A stretch of 37,256 nucleotides of DNA from a virus (lineage: Duplodnaviria; Caudoviricetes), in the IMG/VR virus record IMGVR_UViG_3300042934_001304, positions 1-37,256 of that record; one strand, 5' to 3'. Below are positions 7,671 through 17,038 of the stretch, one piece after another (the stretch's first letter is position 1; every line of letters starts with the position of its first letter). Below the pieces are notes generated by a model, which was not told where the DNA came from, searched no databases, and was given only the letters and a program-made list of their open reading frames with translations. The position numbers were made by a program, and so were the translations under genes.

Positions 7671-9890
7671 CTATGCATAACTGTGATGGTAGCATGTAAT
7701 TTGCATTAAATAGCCGTTGCTATCTTGAGTAGTTGACAAATCCGTTATTCTATATAATTCCGAAATTGTCGTACTGCTCTCAATTACTCTGATGACATCA
7801 CCAACTTGTAGCCATGGCACTGCGATAGCCGCAAAACTTACTATTCTTGCCTTACTGCTCATGAGCTCTGCAGCTCTATTTGCTATTGCCTGGCATTGTT
7901 CAACTGTAGTTGCATCAGATGCATCAATTTTCATAATTTTCTGTGGCAATATATTGTAATAATCCCTGCTTGCATAAGCTGCAATTGCGCTTATTACTGT
8001 GTCATCCTCAGCTTTACCGTAGACAACAACTTCATAATAAAGGTCGTTATCATCTATTGTATAACCTAGGCTTACAATATCTTCACCCTCTTTAAAAACA
8101 TAAGCCGCATAAACATAATCGGCATAAATAGTGCCGTCAGCAATAGTTATGCTTGTTATTTCACCTGTCTCATAGTCAATAGTATAGTCTGTATCTCTAA
8201 CATAAATTGTGCTTACTCCATCCGTCAGCACTTCTGAATACTGAACAATAGGATAATGCTCAAGCTGTCCAGCTCCGCTTGTAATTATTACTGCCTCATC
8301 ATCTGAAGCTGGCTGCGTGTTTGTTTCTTTTCTAAAATGCACAACCCCCAATTCGTCACAAACAAACTCAAAGCCAACAAGATCTGCAAGCCAACTGAAA
8401 CAGTCTCCATACGACTCCCAGCTGAAAGACTTCTCTGCCAAAGTTAAACCTGTAGCTTCTACTGTTCCCACTATCAGTCCTGCTTTGGAACAAAGGTCTG
8501 TAAAAATTGCTTCTATTGTCTGTGCTATATAAATAATTACATGGCTTGTTCCTGATGTTATGGTTTGGTCTAATGCCAGTTTAAGCTTATCCCTTATACC
8601 TAACTTGATTTCCGCAGGAAATGTGCTTAGGTTTATATTGTCCATTAAACCTGAAAAAGTCTGTATCAAATTAACTCCATAACCCTGTTTAACAGCAATT
8701 TGAGTGTTTGGCCATAATGCTTTAGGATGTTTAACACCATCAGGCGACCATTCGCCATTCTTGTTATCTACAGTGACTGCGAGGCTCCCTGCCATGTTCT
8801 TATTACGATTAATGCTTATTGATTTAACAGGGATAGCAATAGTCATGTAACTACTGCTGATAATAAAATTATTTCCTTGAAATACAATTTGATTTCCTAT
8901 TTTATATACTTCTCCGTAGCCTGTGTTATCACCTAATGCTACTGCTTTTACCCATTTTGTTTTATCTTCAAAATCCGCGAAATTTGAAAGAGTATAGATA
9001 CCAGCATTATTTTGTGTGGCAAGGCAAAGAGCATAAGTAATATTAGTGATTTCATCGTAATAAAATGAAATACCTTGTAAATCAGACGTTGGAACGTCTG
9101 AAAAGCCACTGTTAAAATCAGCAACCTCTGTCCACGTGTCCCCATTATCAATCGATTTTAATATTACTGAACTAAATTTACCCAAGCAATATAAAACACC
9201 ATTTTTTTCGCAAGGCTGGTCTACTCTTCCAGGTGTTGTTATAGGATTTTGACTAATTTTTATTGACCATGTTGCTCCAATATCATCAGATGCACACATT
9301 AACCATTGACTAAAATAACTATTTGATGGACTTTTGTTATAAAAAGGAAGAAGTATTCTGCCTGTGGAAGTAACAAATGGAGTAAGTATATATGTACCCC
9401 CATCTGCATTAGTTGTAGTAACAGAGTGAACGGTTGATAAATATACCCAATCATCACCGTTACCATTATTAGATATATAGCATTTAACCCATGCAGCGGA
9501 TGCTACTTGACTTAAAAACAATAATAATTTTCCATTGCGTCTGCATAATGCTGTTTGTTTAGGACTAACCCAGTCAGTTGTAATAGCCGGAGATTCTGTC
9601 ACACTTTCTATAGCATGATCTTGACTTGTAAATTCTAAGTCCTGGCTGTGCCCAATCCGTAATGATTTACTTGTTGCATCCATCCATGTACATATGTATC
9701 CACCGCTTGTTTTGGCAACCCAATTTGATACATACTTAGTTGTGCTATCTATACCCTGAATAGCTCTTGATGAGTTGATAGTTATTCCTGATGCTAACCC
9801 TTCAACAGTTACTTCCCAACTTGGCTTGTTTGCTCCAATCATGCTCCTGCTCTTTAGAAGTGCAAGCACTTCAGCCGGTATCTCTCTCAT
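7671..9890 (-). CDS. Tail tip/hub (Tal-like) protein with inserted Asp-box (BNR) beta-propeller
   Basis: Lies after Dit; Asp-boxes SDDIGATW and SIDNGDTW; C-terminal 'AVPWLQVGDVIRV...YRITDL' hub-type end. Confidence 0.7.
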   Translation of the reverse strand: MREIPAEVLALLKSRSMIGANKPSWEVTVEGLASGITINSSRAIQGIDSTTKYVSNWVAKTSGGYICTWMDATSKSLRIGHSQDLEFTSQDHAIESVTESPAITTDWVSPKQTALCRRNGKLLLFLSQVASAAWVKCYISNNGNGDDWVYLSTVHSVTTTNADGGTYILTPFVTSTGRILLPFYNKSPSNSYFSQWLMCASDDIGATWSIKISQNPITTPGRVDQPCEKNGVLYCLGKFSSVILKSIDNGDTWTEVADFNSGFSDVPTSDLQGISFYYDEITNITYALCLATQNNAGIYTLSNFADFEDKTKWVKAVALGDNTGYGEVYKIGNQIVFQGNNFIISSSYMTIAIPVKSISINRNKNMAGSLAVTVDNKNGEWSPDGVKHPKALWPNTQIAVKQGYGVNLIQTFSGLMDNINLSTFPAEIKLGIRDKLKLALDQTITSGTSHVIIYIAQTIEAIFTDLCSKAGLIVGTVEATGLTLAEKSFSWESYGDCFSWLADLVGFEFVCDELGVVHFRKETNTQPASDDEAVIITSGAGQLEHYPIVQYSEVLTDGVSTIYVRDTDYTIDYETGEITSITIADGTIYADYVYAAYVFKEGEDIVSLGYTIDDNDLYYEVVVYGKAEDDTVISAIAAYASRDYYNILPQKIMKIDASDATTVEQCQAIANRAAELMSSKARIVSFAAIAVPWLQVGDVIRVIESSTTISELYRITDLSTTQDSNGYLMQITCYHHSYA

Positions 9891-9891
9891 G

Positions 9892-10239
9892 CTACACCTC
9901 CAAAAGTGTTATGCTGTATTCATAATATTCGCCATTTTTAGCAGCATTAAAACTTTCAATAGCAGCAGTAAATGAATTATTGTCAATGTCTGTAAAGGTT
10001 CTTTCTGTAGCAGCGTAGTAATCTGTTTCAAGTAATTTGTAATCAGCTTCTAATGCATAGCCTTTAAAATTTGCTCTTTTTCTATCTCTGCCGCCTTGCT
10101 GTAAAACAGATGCAGCATTTCCGCTTGTATCAGGTAATATTTTTATTTCTGTTATTCCGTTTGAAGCAATAGGCGGATTATAACTGCCTTTTGCAACAAG
10201 TAAGTCCATTGTTCCCCATGTATAAAAACCCCAGGCCAT
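9892..10239 (-). CDS. Distal tail (Dit-like) protein
   Basis: 115 aa directly after the tape measure gene; ends 'YSITLLEV'. Confidence 0.6.
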   Translation of the reverse strand: MAWGFYTWGTMDLLVAKGSYNPPIASNGITEIKILPDTSGNAASVLQQGGRDRKRANFKGYALEADYKLLETDYYAATERTFTDIDNNSFTAAIESFNAAKNGEYYEYSITLLEV

Positions 10240-10249
10240 AATCCACCTC

Positions 10250-11593
10250 CTATCCTATTGGTATTAATGATGGTCTGTTAGGTAAACGTCTATTACCTTG
10301 GCTTACATCATTTACTAACATATTGTAAACTGCAATTAATTGTCCTTCGTTGTTCACACCCTCAACCCTTATAGTGCCTGTGTGATTAACTGTAGTGGAT
10401 TGCATATTTTGATTTGCCGGAACCACTCTTTCACCTTTATGTAACTCAGCAACATATCCGTCAAAAGGCACATATGCAAGTCCTGCAGCGTGACTACCGT
10501 CTAATTCAGCTCTGTTTACTCTTCTATTTGATGAAGGCACTTTCGGTTCTTTGTCCTCAACCGGTTCTTTGTTCCATATCCCCAACCAATCAAGAGCTGT
10601 TTTAATTGCTCCTGTTGCAAACTCAAAAGCACCTGCAACACCTCCAATAACTTTAACAACTGTTTCAAATGCTGCCTTAGTAATATCTGCTATCAGTGGA
10701 AATGTTGGTTTTATAAAATTGTAAAGTGTCTCAAGGATTGGGAATAGAGCATCAAATAATTTACTAACTGCCGTAACAGCAACATTAATTACTCCAAACG
10801 CAACTGACATTGTTGCTTTGATTTCCGGCATGTGATTAATTACCCAGTCAAGCATTTTTTGCAACACAGGAATTAAATGGACGGCTAACTCATTAAATAA
10901 TGCTCCACCCATTTGTTTAACATCGCTTAAAGTGTCACCAAACTTAACTCCTGCATCAACTGCTTCTTGGGACATTATCAAACCTAGCTTTTCAGCTCTT
11001 GTAGTTAAGTCATTAATGCCTTTAGAGCCACTATCAAGAATAGGAGCTAAATCACCGTAAGACTTGCCGAATATGTCATTTGCGATTGCATTTCTTAGGT
11101 TTTTATCCTCCATATCGGCTAAAGATTTTAATGTATCTTGGAATACTTCATCTGCATTTCTTAAACTGCCATCTGCGTTATGAATAGACACCTTTAATTG
11201 GTCATATGCTGCAACCGCTTTTTTGCCACCACCTGCAGCATCGTTTAGAGCCTTCTGGTTTTTAATCATAGCAGCTTCTAGCTTTGTGCTTTCAATGCCT
11301 GATTGTCCAAACGCATAATTAAGCTTTTGCCATGTTTCTGCGGATGTTCCTGCTCGCCTTGAAGCTTTGTCTATTTCGTCAGCTGTACCTGCTACTTTGT
11401 TAGCTGCTCCCATCATTGCACCGCCAACTGCCACAGCTGCCGCTCCTAATCCTACTGCCCACTTTGCAGCTGTTTTAATACCACTGCCTAATTTAGAGCC
11501 TAATCCCTCGGCTTTCTTTTCGGTTTTACTGATTGATTCTTCGGCTTTAGAGCTATCAACCAAGATGCTACCGAATAGCTTAAATATCTCCAT
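10250..11593 (-). CDS. Tape measure protein (short, 447 aa)
   Basis: MEIFKLFGSI start, Ala/Gly-rich helices and C-terminal 'GSHAAGLAYVPFDGYVAELHKGERV'; follows the chaperones. Confidence 0.88.
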   Translation of the reverse strand: MEIFKLFGSILVDSSKAEESISKTEKKAEGLGSKLGSGIKTAAKWAVGLGAAAVAVGGAMMGAANKVAGTADEIDKASRRAGTSAETWQKLNYAFGQSGIESTKLEAAMIKNQKALNDAAGGGKKAVAAYDQLKVSIHNADGSLRNADEVFQDTLKSLADMEDKNLRNAIANDIFGKSYGDLAPILDSGSKGINDLTTRAEKLGLIMSQEAVDAGVKFGDTLSDVKQMGGALFNELAVHLIPVLQKMLDWVINHMPEIKATMSVAFGVINVAVTAVSKLFDALFPILETLYNFIKPTFPLIADITKAAFETVVKVIGGVAGAFEFATGAIKTALDWLGIWNKEPVEDKEPKVPSSNRRVNRAELDGSHAAGLAYVPFDGYVAELHKGERVVPANQNMQSTTVNHTGTIRVEGVNNEGQLIAVYNMLVNDVSQGNRRLPNRPSLIPIG

Positions 11594-11848
11594 TTATTCA
11601 CCCCTTCCTGTATTAAATAGGGTTATAATCTTTTCTACATCTGTTAGTATTTCTTTTTCTTTCTTAATTGGCTTTGGTTTTAATTTTGTTTTAAATTCAT
11701 CAAAGCCCATCTCTACTTGGAAAGGAATCCATCTTATAAATAGAAGCTCTTCCTCTCGCTTTGACTGTGCATATTCTATTAGAGAAAGAGCTTCTTCTAT
11801 TTCTAACGACTTTATATATTCAAGTGAATGATATCTCTTTAATAGCAA
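11594..11848 (-). CDS. Tail assembly chaperone, frameshift extension (gpT-like)
   Basis: No clear RBS; open in the -1 frame back to the T7 slippery site of the upstream gene. Confidence 0.75.
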   Translation of the reverse strand: MLLKRYHSLEYIKSLEIEEALSLIEYAQSKREEELLFIRWIPFQVEMGFDEFKTKLKPKPIKKEKEILTDVEKIITLFNTGRGE

Positions 11849-11853
11849 ATCAA

Positions 11854-12195
11854 TTACTTCTTGATAATCATATTTGCTACTAAAGTAAAAAAACGCTTAA
11901 GGTCATTCCCCTTGGCAAGCGTCTCAAGATTATCTGCAAATATAACCAGATCTAATTTTCTTACCTCATCAGCGGCCATTTCAAATGGTCCTGAAAGCAC
12001 TTCATAAAAAGCCTGTTCGCATCTGTTTTGAGATATGAAATCAATCATACTAAGAACGCCTTCAATTCCAGCATCCTCAAGATTCATTTTTTCTTCAATA
12101 GCTTTTTTAATAATAGGCTTAATTTCTTCTTTTAAATTTGCTTTACTTATTGCTCTTAAAGCATTAAAAACATCCGGTGTTTGTAACTTTCTCAT
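11854..12195 (-). CDS. Tail assembly chaperone (gpG-like)
   Basis: Between major tail and tape measure genes; ends '...KRFFTLV' over a T TTT TTT heptamer. Confidence 0.8.
   Translation of the reverse strand: MRKLQTPDVFNALRAISKANLKEEIKPIIKKAIEEKMNLEDAGIEGVLSMIDFISQNRCEQAFYEVLSGPFEMAADEVRKLDLVIFADNLETLAKGNDLKRFFTLVANMIIKK
11887..11893 (-). other. -1 programmed ribosomal frameshift site (U UUU UUU)
   Basis: CGT TTT TTT ACT; the -1 frame reads YFSSKYDYQEVIDLLLKRYHSLEY, joining the next ORF. Confidence 0.8.
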
Positions 12196-12206
12196 TTTAT
12201 CAACTC

Positions 12207-13052
12207 CTATGCTCCTACTGTAACAGCAACAGTAATGTTATTGCCTTTATCCATCATCAAATAGAAAGTATAAGCTCCATTTGTCAATGTAGTTAAGTAT
12301 TCTTTTTCTAACGTTACTGTACCAGTTCCAAGTGTATATTGAGCTGATGTCAAGTATTGATTTCCGTTTTTAACTCCGCCGCATACTGCGCCATCAGATG
12401 AAGTAATAGTTAATACTATATCAGCTGCAGCAGCTTTACTGAATGTATGGTCTGCATCGTCTACAGTGTTAGTGATTGCTTTTGGATAGTATATTTTAAA
12501 CGGCGGTGTGTCAACATCTGTATCAGTATAATGTCCTTTAAAAGTCAATGCTAATACCGCTTCAGATTTATCTGCAACATTTAAAGTCAATCCATTGGTA
12601 TTCAAAGCGTTATATACTTGAATTATGACCGGTTCATTTGTGCCCGAAAGAGTTCCAACCCAAGTGATATTATCTATGTAATCTGTTAATGCTATTGCTG
12701 TGTTAGCAGTAATAATGTCATAATCAGCACTTGTAGATGTATCTACTGCGCTTGATGCTAATGCCGCTTGAATGGTTGCCTTTTTTACTTCTTTTAAGTT
12801 AGCGGCCAAATTTACAACCCACTCGTCAATCATTTCTAAACCTTTTGCTGTTCCCGGTATTCCGTCTATCTCTATCTGTCTAATAGTTGGTATAGCTGAA
12901 AAATTTCCACCGCCTTGTGTTGCACCTAACAATTTTCCTGCTGCAACCGCCGAAGCAAATGTATCTGTGCCGACATAAAAGTTTTTAAAAAATGCTCCTG
13001 CATCCAATAAAAGACTTTTAGGTGTTTCTGCTGTATATCCTGTATATTTCAT
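12207..13052 (-). CDS. Major tail protein with C-terminal Ig-like X2 domain
   Basis: 'LLLDAGAFF...LGATQGG' tail-tube motif; C-terminal 'TFSK...VKNG...YTL..GTVTLEKEYLTTL' X2-like. Confidence 0.8.
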   Translation of the reverse strand: MKYTGYTAETPKSLLLDAGAFFKNFYVGTDTFASAVAAGKLLGATQGGGNFSAIPTIRQIEIDGIPGTAKGLEMIDEWVVNLAANLKEVKKATIQAALASSAVDTSTSADYDIITANTAIALTDYIDNITWVGTLSGTNEPVIIQVYNALNTNGLTLNVADKSEAVLALTFKGHYTDTDVDTPPFKIYYPKAITNTVDDADHTFSKAAAADIVLTITSSDGAVCGGVKNGNQYLTSAQYTLGTGTVTLEKEYLTTLTNGAYTFYLMMDKGNNITVAVTVGA

Positions 13053-13055
13053 GGA

Positions 13056-13430
13056 TTATTCTCCTCTCAATTCATGTAAATGTATTTCAAACAATAATCT
13101 ACGTCTTATTATAGACTTATCGTCTTCTTCAACTTTCTGCCTCAATCCTTTATAGACCACAAATTGTATTTCACTATTAATAAAATAATAATTATTTAAT
13201 GTGCTCTGAACTGTGTCTGCCAAGTCTTCAACCACTCTTGTACTTGTACCATAATCAATAATATTAACTTCAAGTTGGTACAATGTTTTACCGTCACTGT
13301 ATGATACTTCGCTATTTTCAAATACTAAGCGAGGGTATACGGCAGGATCCTGATTTCCTTCGTAGTAAACATTCGTTGTTAATGTTTTAAATAGCCTTTG
13401 CAATTCAACTCTAAGTGTCCACGTCTTCAT
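13056..13430 (-). CDS. Tail terminator/completion protein
   Basis: Synteny; 'VYPRLVF...YQLEVNIID'. Confidence 0.65.
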   Translation of the reverse strand: MKTWTLRVELQRLFKTLTTNVYYEGNQDPAVYPRLVFENSEVSYSDGKTLYQLEVNIIDYGTSTRVVEDLADTVQSTLNNYYFINSEIQFVVYKGLRQKVEEDDKSIIRRRLLFEIHLHELRGE

Positions 13431-13866
13431 CTCCTACCTCCTCAGCTTCATCAATTAATTGTTGAGCCTTTAATTCGTCTTCTACAGCACTTAAATATTG
13501 AGCTTCAATCTTTTGTATATCGTCAATACTTTCAAACACTGTATCGCGAAGTATGCTCCTCTTAGGCTGATTTTTACCGCCTAGTTCCTGCAGCACTCCG
13601 TACCAGGTATCATGCTTGAACCCTAACTGCAGGTCTGTTTCTTTCTTCCTCACCCAGTACTGCGTTGAGCTATAAATTCTCTTGCTCTTTTTCATGCCTG
13701 GGAGTTCTTTAAGTTTAGTTATCATCTTTTTTCTGATGACTTTTGCAACGTCCTTAAGGGCAGCCCTGGATAACTCTTGAATTGTATAGTTTGCCCGGTC
13801 AACTCCGGATGTAAATGTAACTCCGTTTTTATTAGAGTATTTTGTAACGCTTTTTGGCATTGGCAT
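13411..13866 (-). CDS. HK97 gp10-like tail component
   Basis: 'WYGVLQELGGKNQPKRSILRD' motif. Confidence 0.7.
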   Translation of the reverse strand: MPMPKSVTKYSNKNGVTFTSGVDRANYTIQELSRAALKDVAKVIRKKMITKLKELPGMKKSKRIYSSTQYWVRKKETDLQLGFKHDTWYGVLQELGGKNQPKRSILRDTVFESIDDIQKIEAQYLSAVEDELKAQQLIDEAEEVGDEDVDT

Positions 13867-14166
13867 TTATACCAACTCCCCACTGCAAATTATTTCTATA
13901 TTTTCGTTTTTCGATGGGGCCGTATCTACAACTGTGTATTTTATTCCGTTATACTCAATTCTTTTTTCATAATTGTAGTCATTTTTTTTAACTTCAAGCG
14001 AAATACTAGGTTTTAAGCCACTTGACAAAGCTTGATTAAAAGCTTTTGTTCTATATGCTAATTCATTTACATATATTTGCTTTTTAACTTCTGTTTGAAC
14101 AGTATCTCCGCCCTCGTCAACTGTGTTGGTAATTGTAATTAAATTTGCTATATCTCGCCAATACAT
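13867..14166 (-). CDS. Head closure / head-tail adaptor (SPP1 gp16-like)
   Basis: Synteny; 'GLKPS...DYNYEKRIEYNGIKYTV'. Confidence 0.75.
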   Translation of the reverse strand: MYWRDIANLITITNTVDEGGDTVQTEVKKQIYVNELAYRTKAFNQALSSGLKPSISLEVKKNDYNYEKRIEYNGIKYTVVDTAPSKNENIEIICSGELV

Positions 14167-14465
14167 TAAACCACCGCCTCAGATATTTGATAATCAGCTG
14201 ACAATGCCATATGAATTTTAAGCATTTCATAACTTTGTAAAAATCGTGTAGCTTCGGGATTGTCATAGCCAAAATTTGCTTTACAATATAAAGTTATTGC
14301 TCTCTTAATCAATGGGTCCATGTCTCCAGCATCGTTTACTTTGTCTAAATTAATGTTAATGTTATTCATTTCTGTCTTAGCTGATTCAATCAAATCAAGA
14401 ACTTCTAAATCCATAGCAGTGTTCGATATTCTGAGTATAGACTTTATTTCATCAAGGAGAGCCAT
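14166..14465 (-). CDS. Head-tail connector (HK97 gp6-like)
   Basis: 'LLDEIKSILRI...DPLIKRAITLYCKANFG'. Confidence 0.78.
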   Translation of the reverse strand: MALLDEIKSILRISNTAMDLEVLDLIESAKTEMNNININLDKVNDAGDMDPLIKRAITLYCKANFGYDNPEATRFLQSYEMLKIHMALSADYQISEAVV

Positions 14466-14478
14466 AATCAACCCTCCT

Positions 14479-15072
14479 TTACACTATCAGCGTAATGTCA
14501 ACTGCTTTACCGTTCAATGCGCTGCTTAAATCTATTGTGTTACTTTCAATTGCTGTTGCTGATACTGTTACAGTTGGCGCCGTACTTTCTCTTACGCTAT
14601 CAAGAGCAGCTGTCAGAACTGTATTAACCGGAAGCTTCCAAGGAAGTCCTAATTTATCATTCCAGCCTATTGCAATTTCATCTGCTTCGGCATTCCTAAC
14701 AGGAAATACAATTCTAGTAATTGTCTTAAATGCTTTTGCACCTTCAACAACATTAGCTGCATTTGCAACAATTGTTTCTGCGATAGCTTGATCTGCAATA
14801 TTGGTTCCTTCGATAACTACATTTCCAACTATCCCTGCAGCATTCCCTTTTATTCTTAATGCCCTTGGGGTTGCCGGATTAGTCATATTAATAGAAAGCG
14901 AGGAAACAGCTTCTTGCAATATTACTCCTGCATGAACTCCAGTATTACTGGCTGCTACTGCTTCTGTCTCGCTCCATTGATAAGTTGCTATGTCTTTTCT
15001 GTTGGCTTTTATGCCGACAACATCTGTATTTATTTTATCGTTTTGTTTGTATTTCTTAGGATATAACCCCAT
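14479..15072 (-). CDS. Head-associated protein, possible capsid decoration
   Basis: Immediately after the capsid gene; Ala/Val/Thr-rich beta protein. Confidence 0.45.
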   Translation of the reverse strand: MGLYPKKYKQNDKINTDVVGIKANRKDIATYQWSETEAVAASNTGVHAGVILQEAVSSLSINMTNPATPRALRIKGNAAGIVGNVVIEGTNIADQAIAETIVANAANVVEGAKAFKTITRIVFPVRNAEADEIAIGWNDKLGLPWKLPVNTVLTAALDSVRESTAPTVTVSATAIESNTIDLSSALNGKAVDITLIV

Positions 15073-15118
15073 ATTAATACCTCCCTATAGGGGCATTTCT
15101 GCCCCTTATTTTATTAGA

Positions 15119-16354
15119 TTAGATTAAGTCAAGCAATGCAAATGCTTTAGTGTCTAAAACTTTTCCGTCAACTACAGTGTATGCTGCATAGTCGGTTTCT
15201 CTGGCTTTAACATGATCTTCTGTTGCAAGGCTCATGGGCTCGTTTGTGTTGAAAATATAACCGTTAGAAGCATTACCTATAACAATGTTTCCAGTTCCAG
15301 CTCCAGCGTCAGGTTTAACAGTCATTCCAAACATTCTGCCAACTCCTCCTGCTGATACATCAGGAACAAATAAAGGTCTTCCAACGCCATCGAGAAGATT
15401 GGCAAGTGTAGTCCATATTGTAGAATTCTGCGCATAGATTGCTGCTCCTGCAAGATAGCTTGAATGCAACTTACTTATTGCTGTTGTGATTTTCTCATAA
15501 GTCAAAGGATCCACTCCGTTGTCCGCTGTGTAAGTAACCTTTTGAGGTGTACCACCTTCTGCATTAATAGCAACGATAACACCCTGTGGCTGTACTCCTG
15601 CCACGCCTGTTCCAGTATACATTGATGTACCAAGAACAACACCGATTCTCTTGCCAAGTTCAGCCTGAATATATGGTAAAAATTCTTCAACAGCCATAGA
15701 TTTGAGTTTCCATGATACTGTAATAGCCTTTGCAAGCTCGCAGCCTGTCAATGAAATTTGTGCGAAAGTGTTCTGCTCATCTGCTGTATCAGTTCCCTCT
15801 TCTTGCCATGCTGCATCTCCTGCATCTATGGAAGCATGTTTATTGATTGTTAGTGTGCCTGTGATATTGTATTTTCTTACATCAGCAAGCAACGGATACA
15901 TTTCCTCTGCTCTTGCCCATATACCTTTTACAACTGTCTCAGGAATAAGAGTAGGCGTATTTACTGTGGTGTGAGTATAAGCATTGTTGAACCCAGAATT
16001 GATCTTGTCGAATATGTTCTTTTCGTCGGTTTCCAGTGTTCTTCCCATTAAATGCTTTGCCCATGCATTTTCATAGATTTTTTTGTCATCTAAAACATTG
16101 TTTATTACATTAGTATTTTCTATCACTGTTTCTCCCTCTACTTTCATTGATTTGTTTTCCAAGTTAATTACTTTTGTGTTATCTTTTAATGCATTTAGAT
16201 TAGCATTTGCAAGCTTTACTTCTTCCCACTTGTTATCCAATGCTTTAACTTCTTCCATTTTCGCATTAGATTCTTCAATTTTTCCTTCTGCGAGTAATAC
16301 TTCAATTTCTGACATTAAAGCATTCCTCATTTCAATGTATTTTTCTTTATTCAT
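15119..16354 (-). CDS. Major capsid protein (HK97 fold, with coiled-coil delta domain)
   Basis: N-terminal coiled coil; 'LIPETV', 'GTGVAGVQPQGV', 'DGVGRPLF', 'DGKVLDTKAF'. Confidence 0.9.
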   Translation of the reverse strand: MNKEKYIEMRNALMSEIEVLLAEGKIEESNAKMEEVKALDNKWEEVKLANANLNALKDNTKVINLENKSMKVEGETVIENTNVINNVLDDKKIYENAWAKHLMGRTLETDEKNIFDKINSGFNNAYTHTTVNTPTLIPETVVKGIWARAEEMYPLLADVRKYNITGTLTINKHASIDAGDAAWQEEGTDTADEQNTFAQISLTGCELAKAITVSWKLKSMAVEEFLPYIQAELGKRIGVVLGTSMYTGTGVAGVQPQGVIVAINAEGGTPQKVTYTADNGVDPLTYEKITTAISKLHSSYLAGAAIYAQNSTIWTTLANLLDGVGRPLFVPDVSAGGVGRMFGMTVKPDAGAGTGNIVIGNASNGYIFNTNEPMSLATEDHVKARETDYAAYTVVDGKVLDTKAFALLDLI

Positions 16355-17027
16355 GACTTTCTCCCTTCAATCTCAAATAATTTAATTTTGCTGTTGCTTG
16401 TTTTACTGCATTTTCGTTTTGCAGTTTGTTTCTCATTTTTTTGATTACTTCATTTGGCAACAAGCCAGAATAATTCGTACTTGCTACTAATTGAATTCCA
16501 TCATCAAACATAACTTCATCTATTAGGCCATATCCCTTGGCTTTTTCTGCAGTCATCCAGGTTTCATTGTCCATCATTTTAAGTAGTTCTTTTTGGCTCA
16601 TACCGCTTTTAATTCTGTAAGCATTTGCGATTGTTTCATTAGCATTTTTTAGTATTTCTGAGGCGTGTTCCATGTCTCTATAATCACCGGATGCATAAGT
16701 AGAAACATTATGTATCATCATCTGAGCTGTTGGAGACATCATAATTTTTTTACCTGCCATGGCAATAACACTTGCAGCGCTTGCAGCCAAACCGACTATT
16801 TTTACAGTCACATTTCCTTTGTATGACCTTAAGGCCGTGTATATTTCTGAACCAGCAAACACACTGCCACCGCCTGAGTTTATTTCAACTTCTAATTCAT
16901 CGCCGTTTGCTTCTTCTATCGCTTTATTGACCGATTTTGGATTTGTATTTTCAATTCCAAACCAGTCATATATCCAAGCTTCATCAGATGAAACAATAGG
17001 ACCTTTTATGTTTACTTTCTTTGACAT
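16347..17027 (-). CDS. ClpP-type prohead protease
   Basis: 'INSGGGSV', 'AASAASVI', 'MMIHN', 'ETWMTAEKA..YGLID'. Confidence 0.92.
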   Translation of the reverse strand: MSKKVNIKGPIVSSDEAWIYDWFGIENTNPKSVNKAIEEANGDELEVEINSGGGSVFAGSEIYTALRSYKGNVTVKIVGLAASAASVIAMAGKKIMMSPTAQMMIHNVSTYASGDYRDMEHASEILKNANETIANAYRIKSGMSQKELLKMMDNETWMTAEKAKGYGLIDEVMFDDGIQLVASTNYSGLLPNEVIKKMRNKLQNENAVKQATAKLNYLRLKGESHE

Positions 17028-17038
17028 TTAATCACCTC

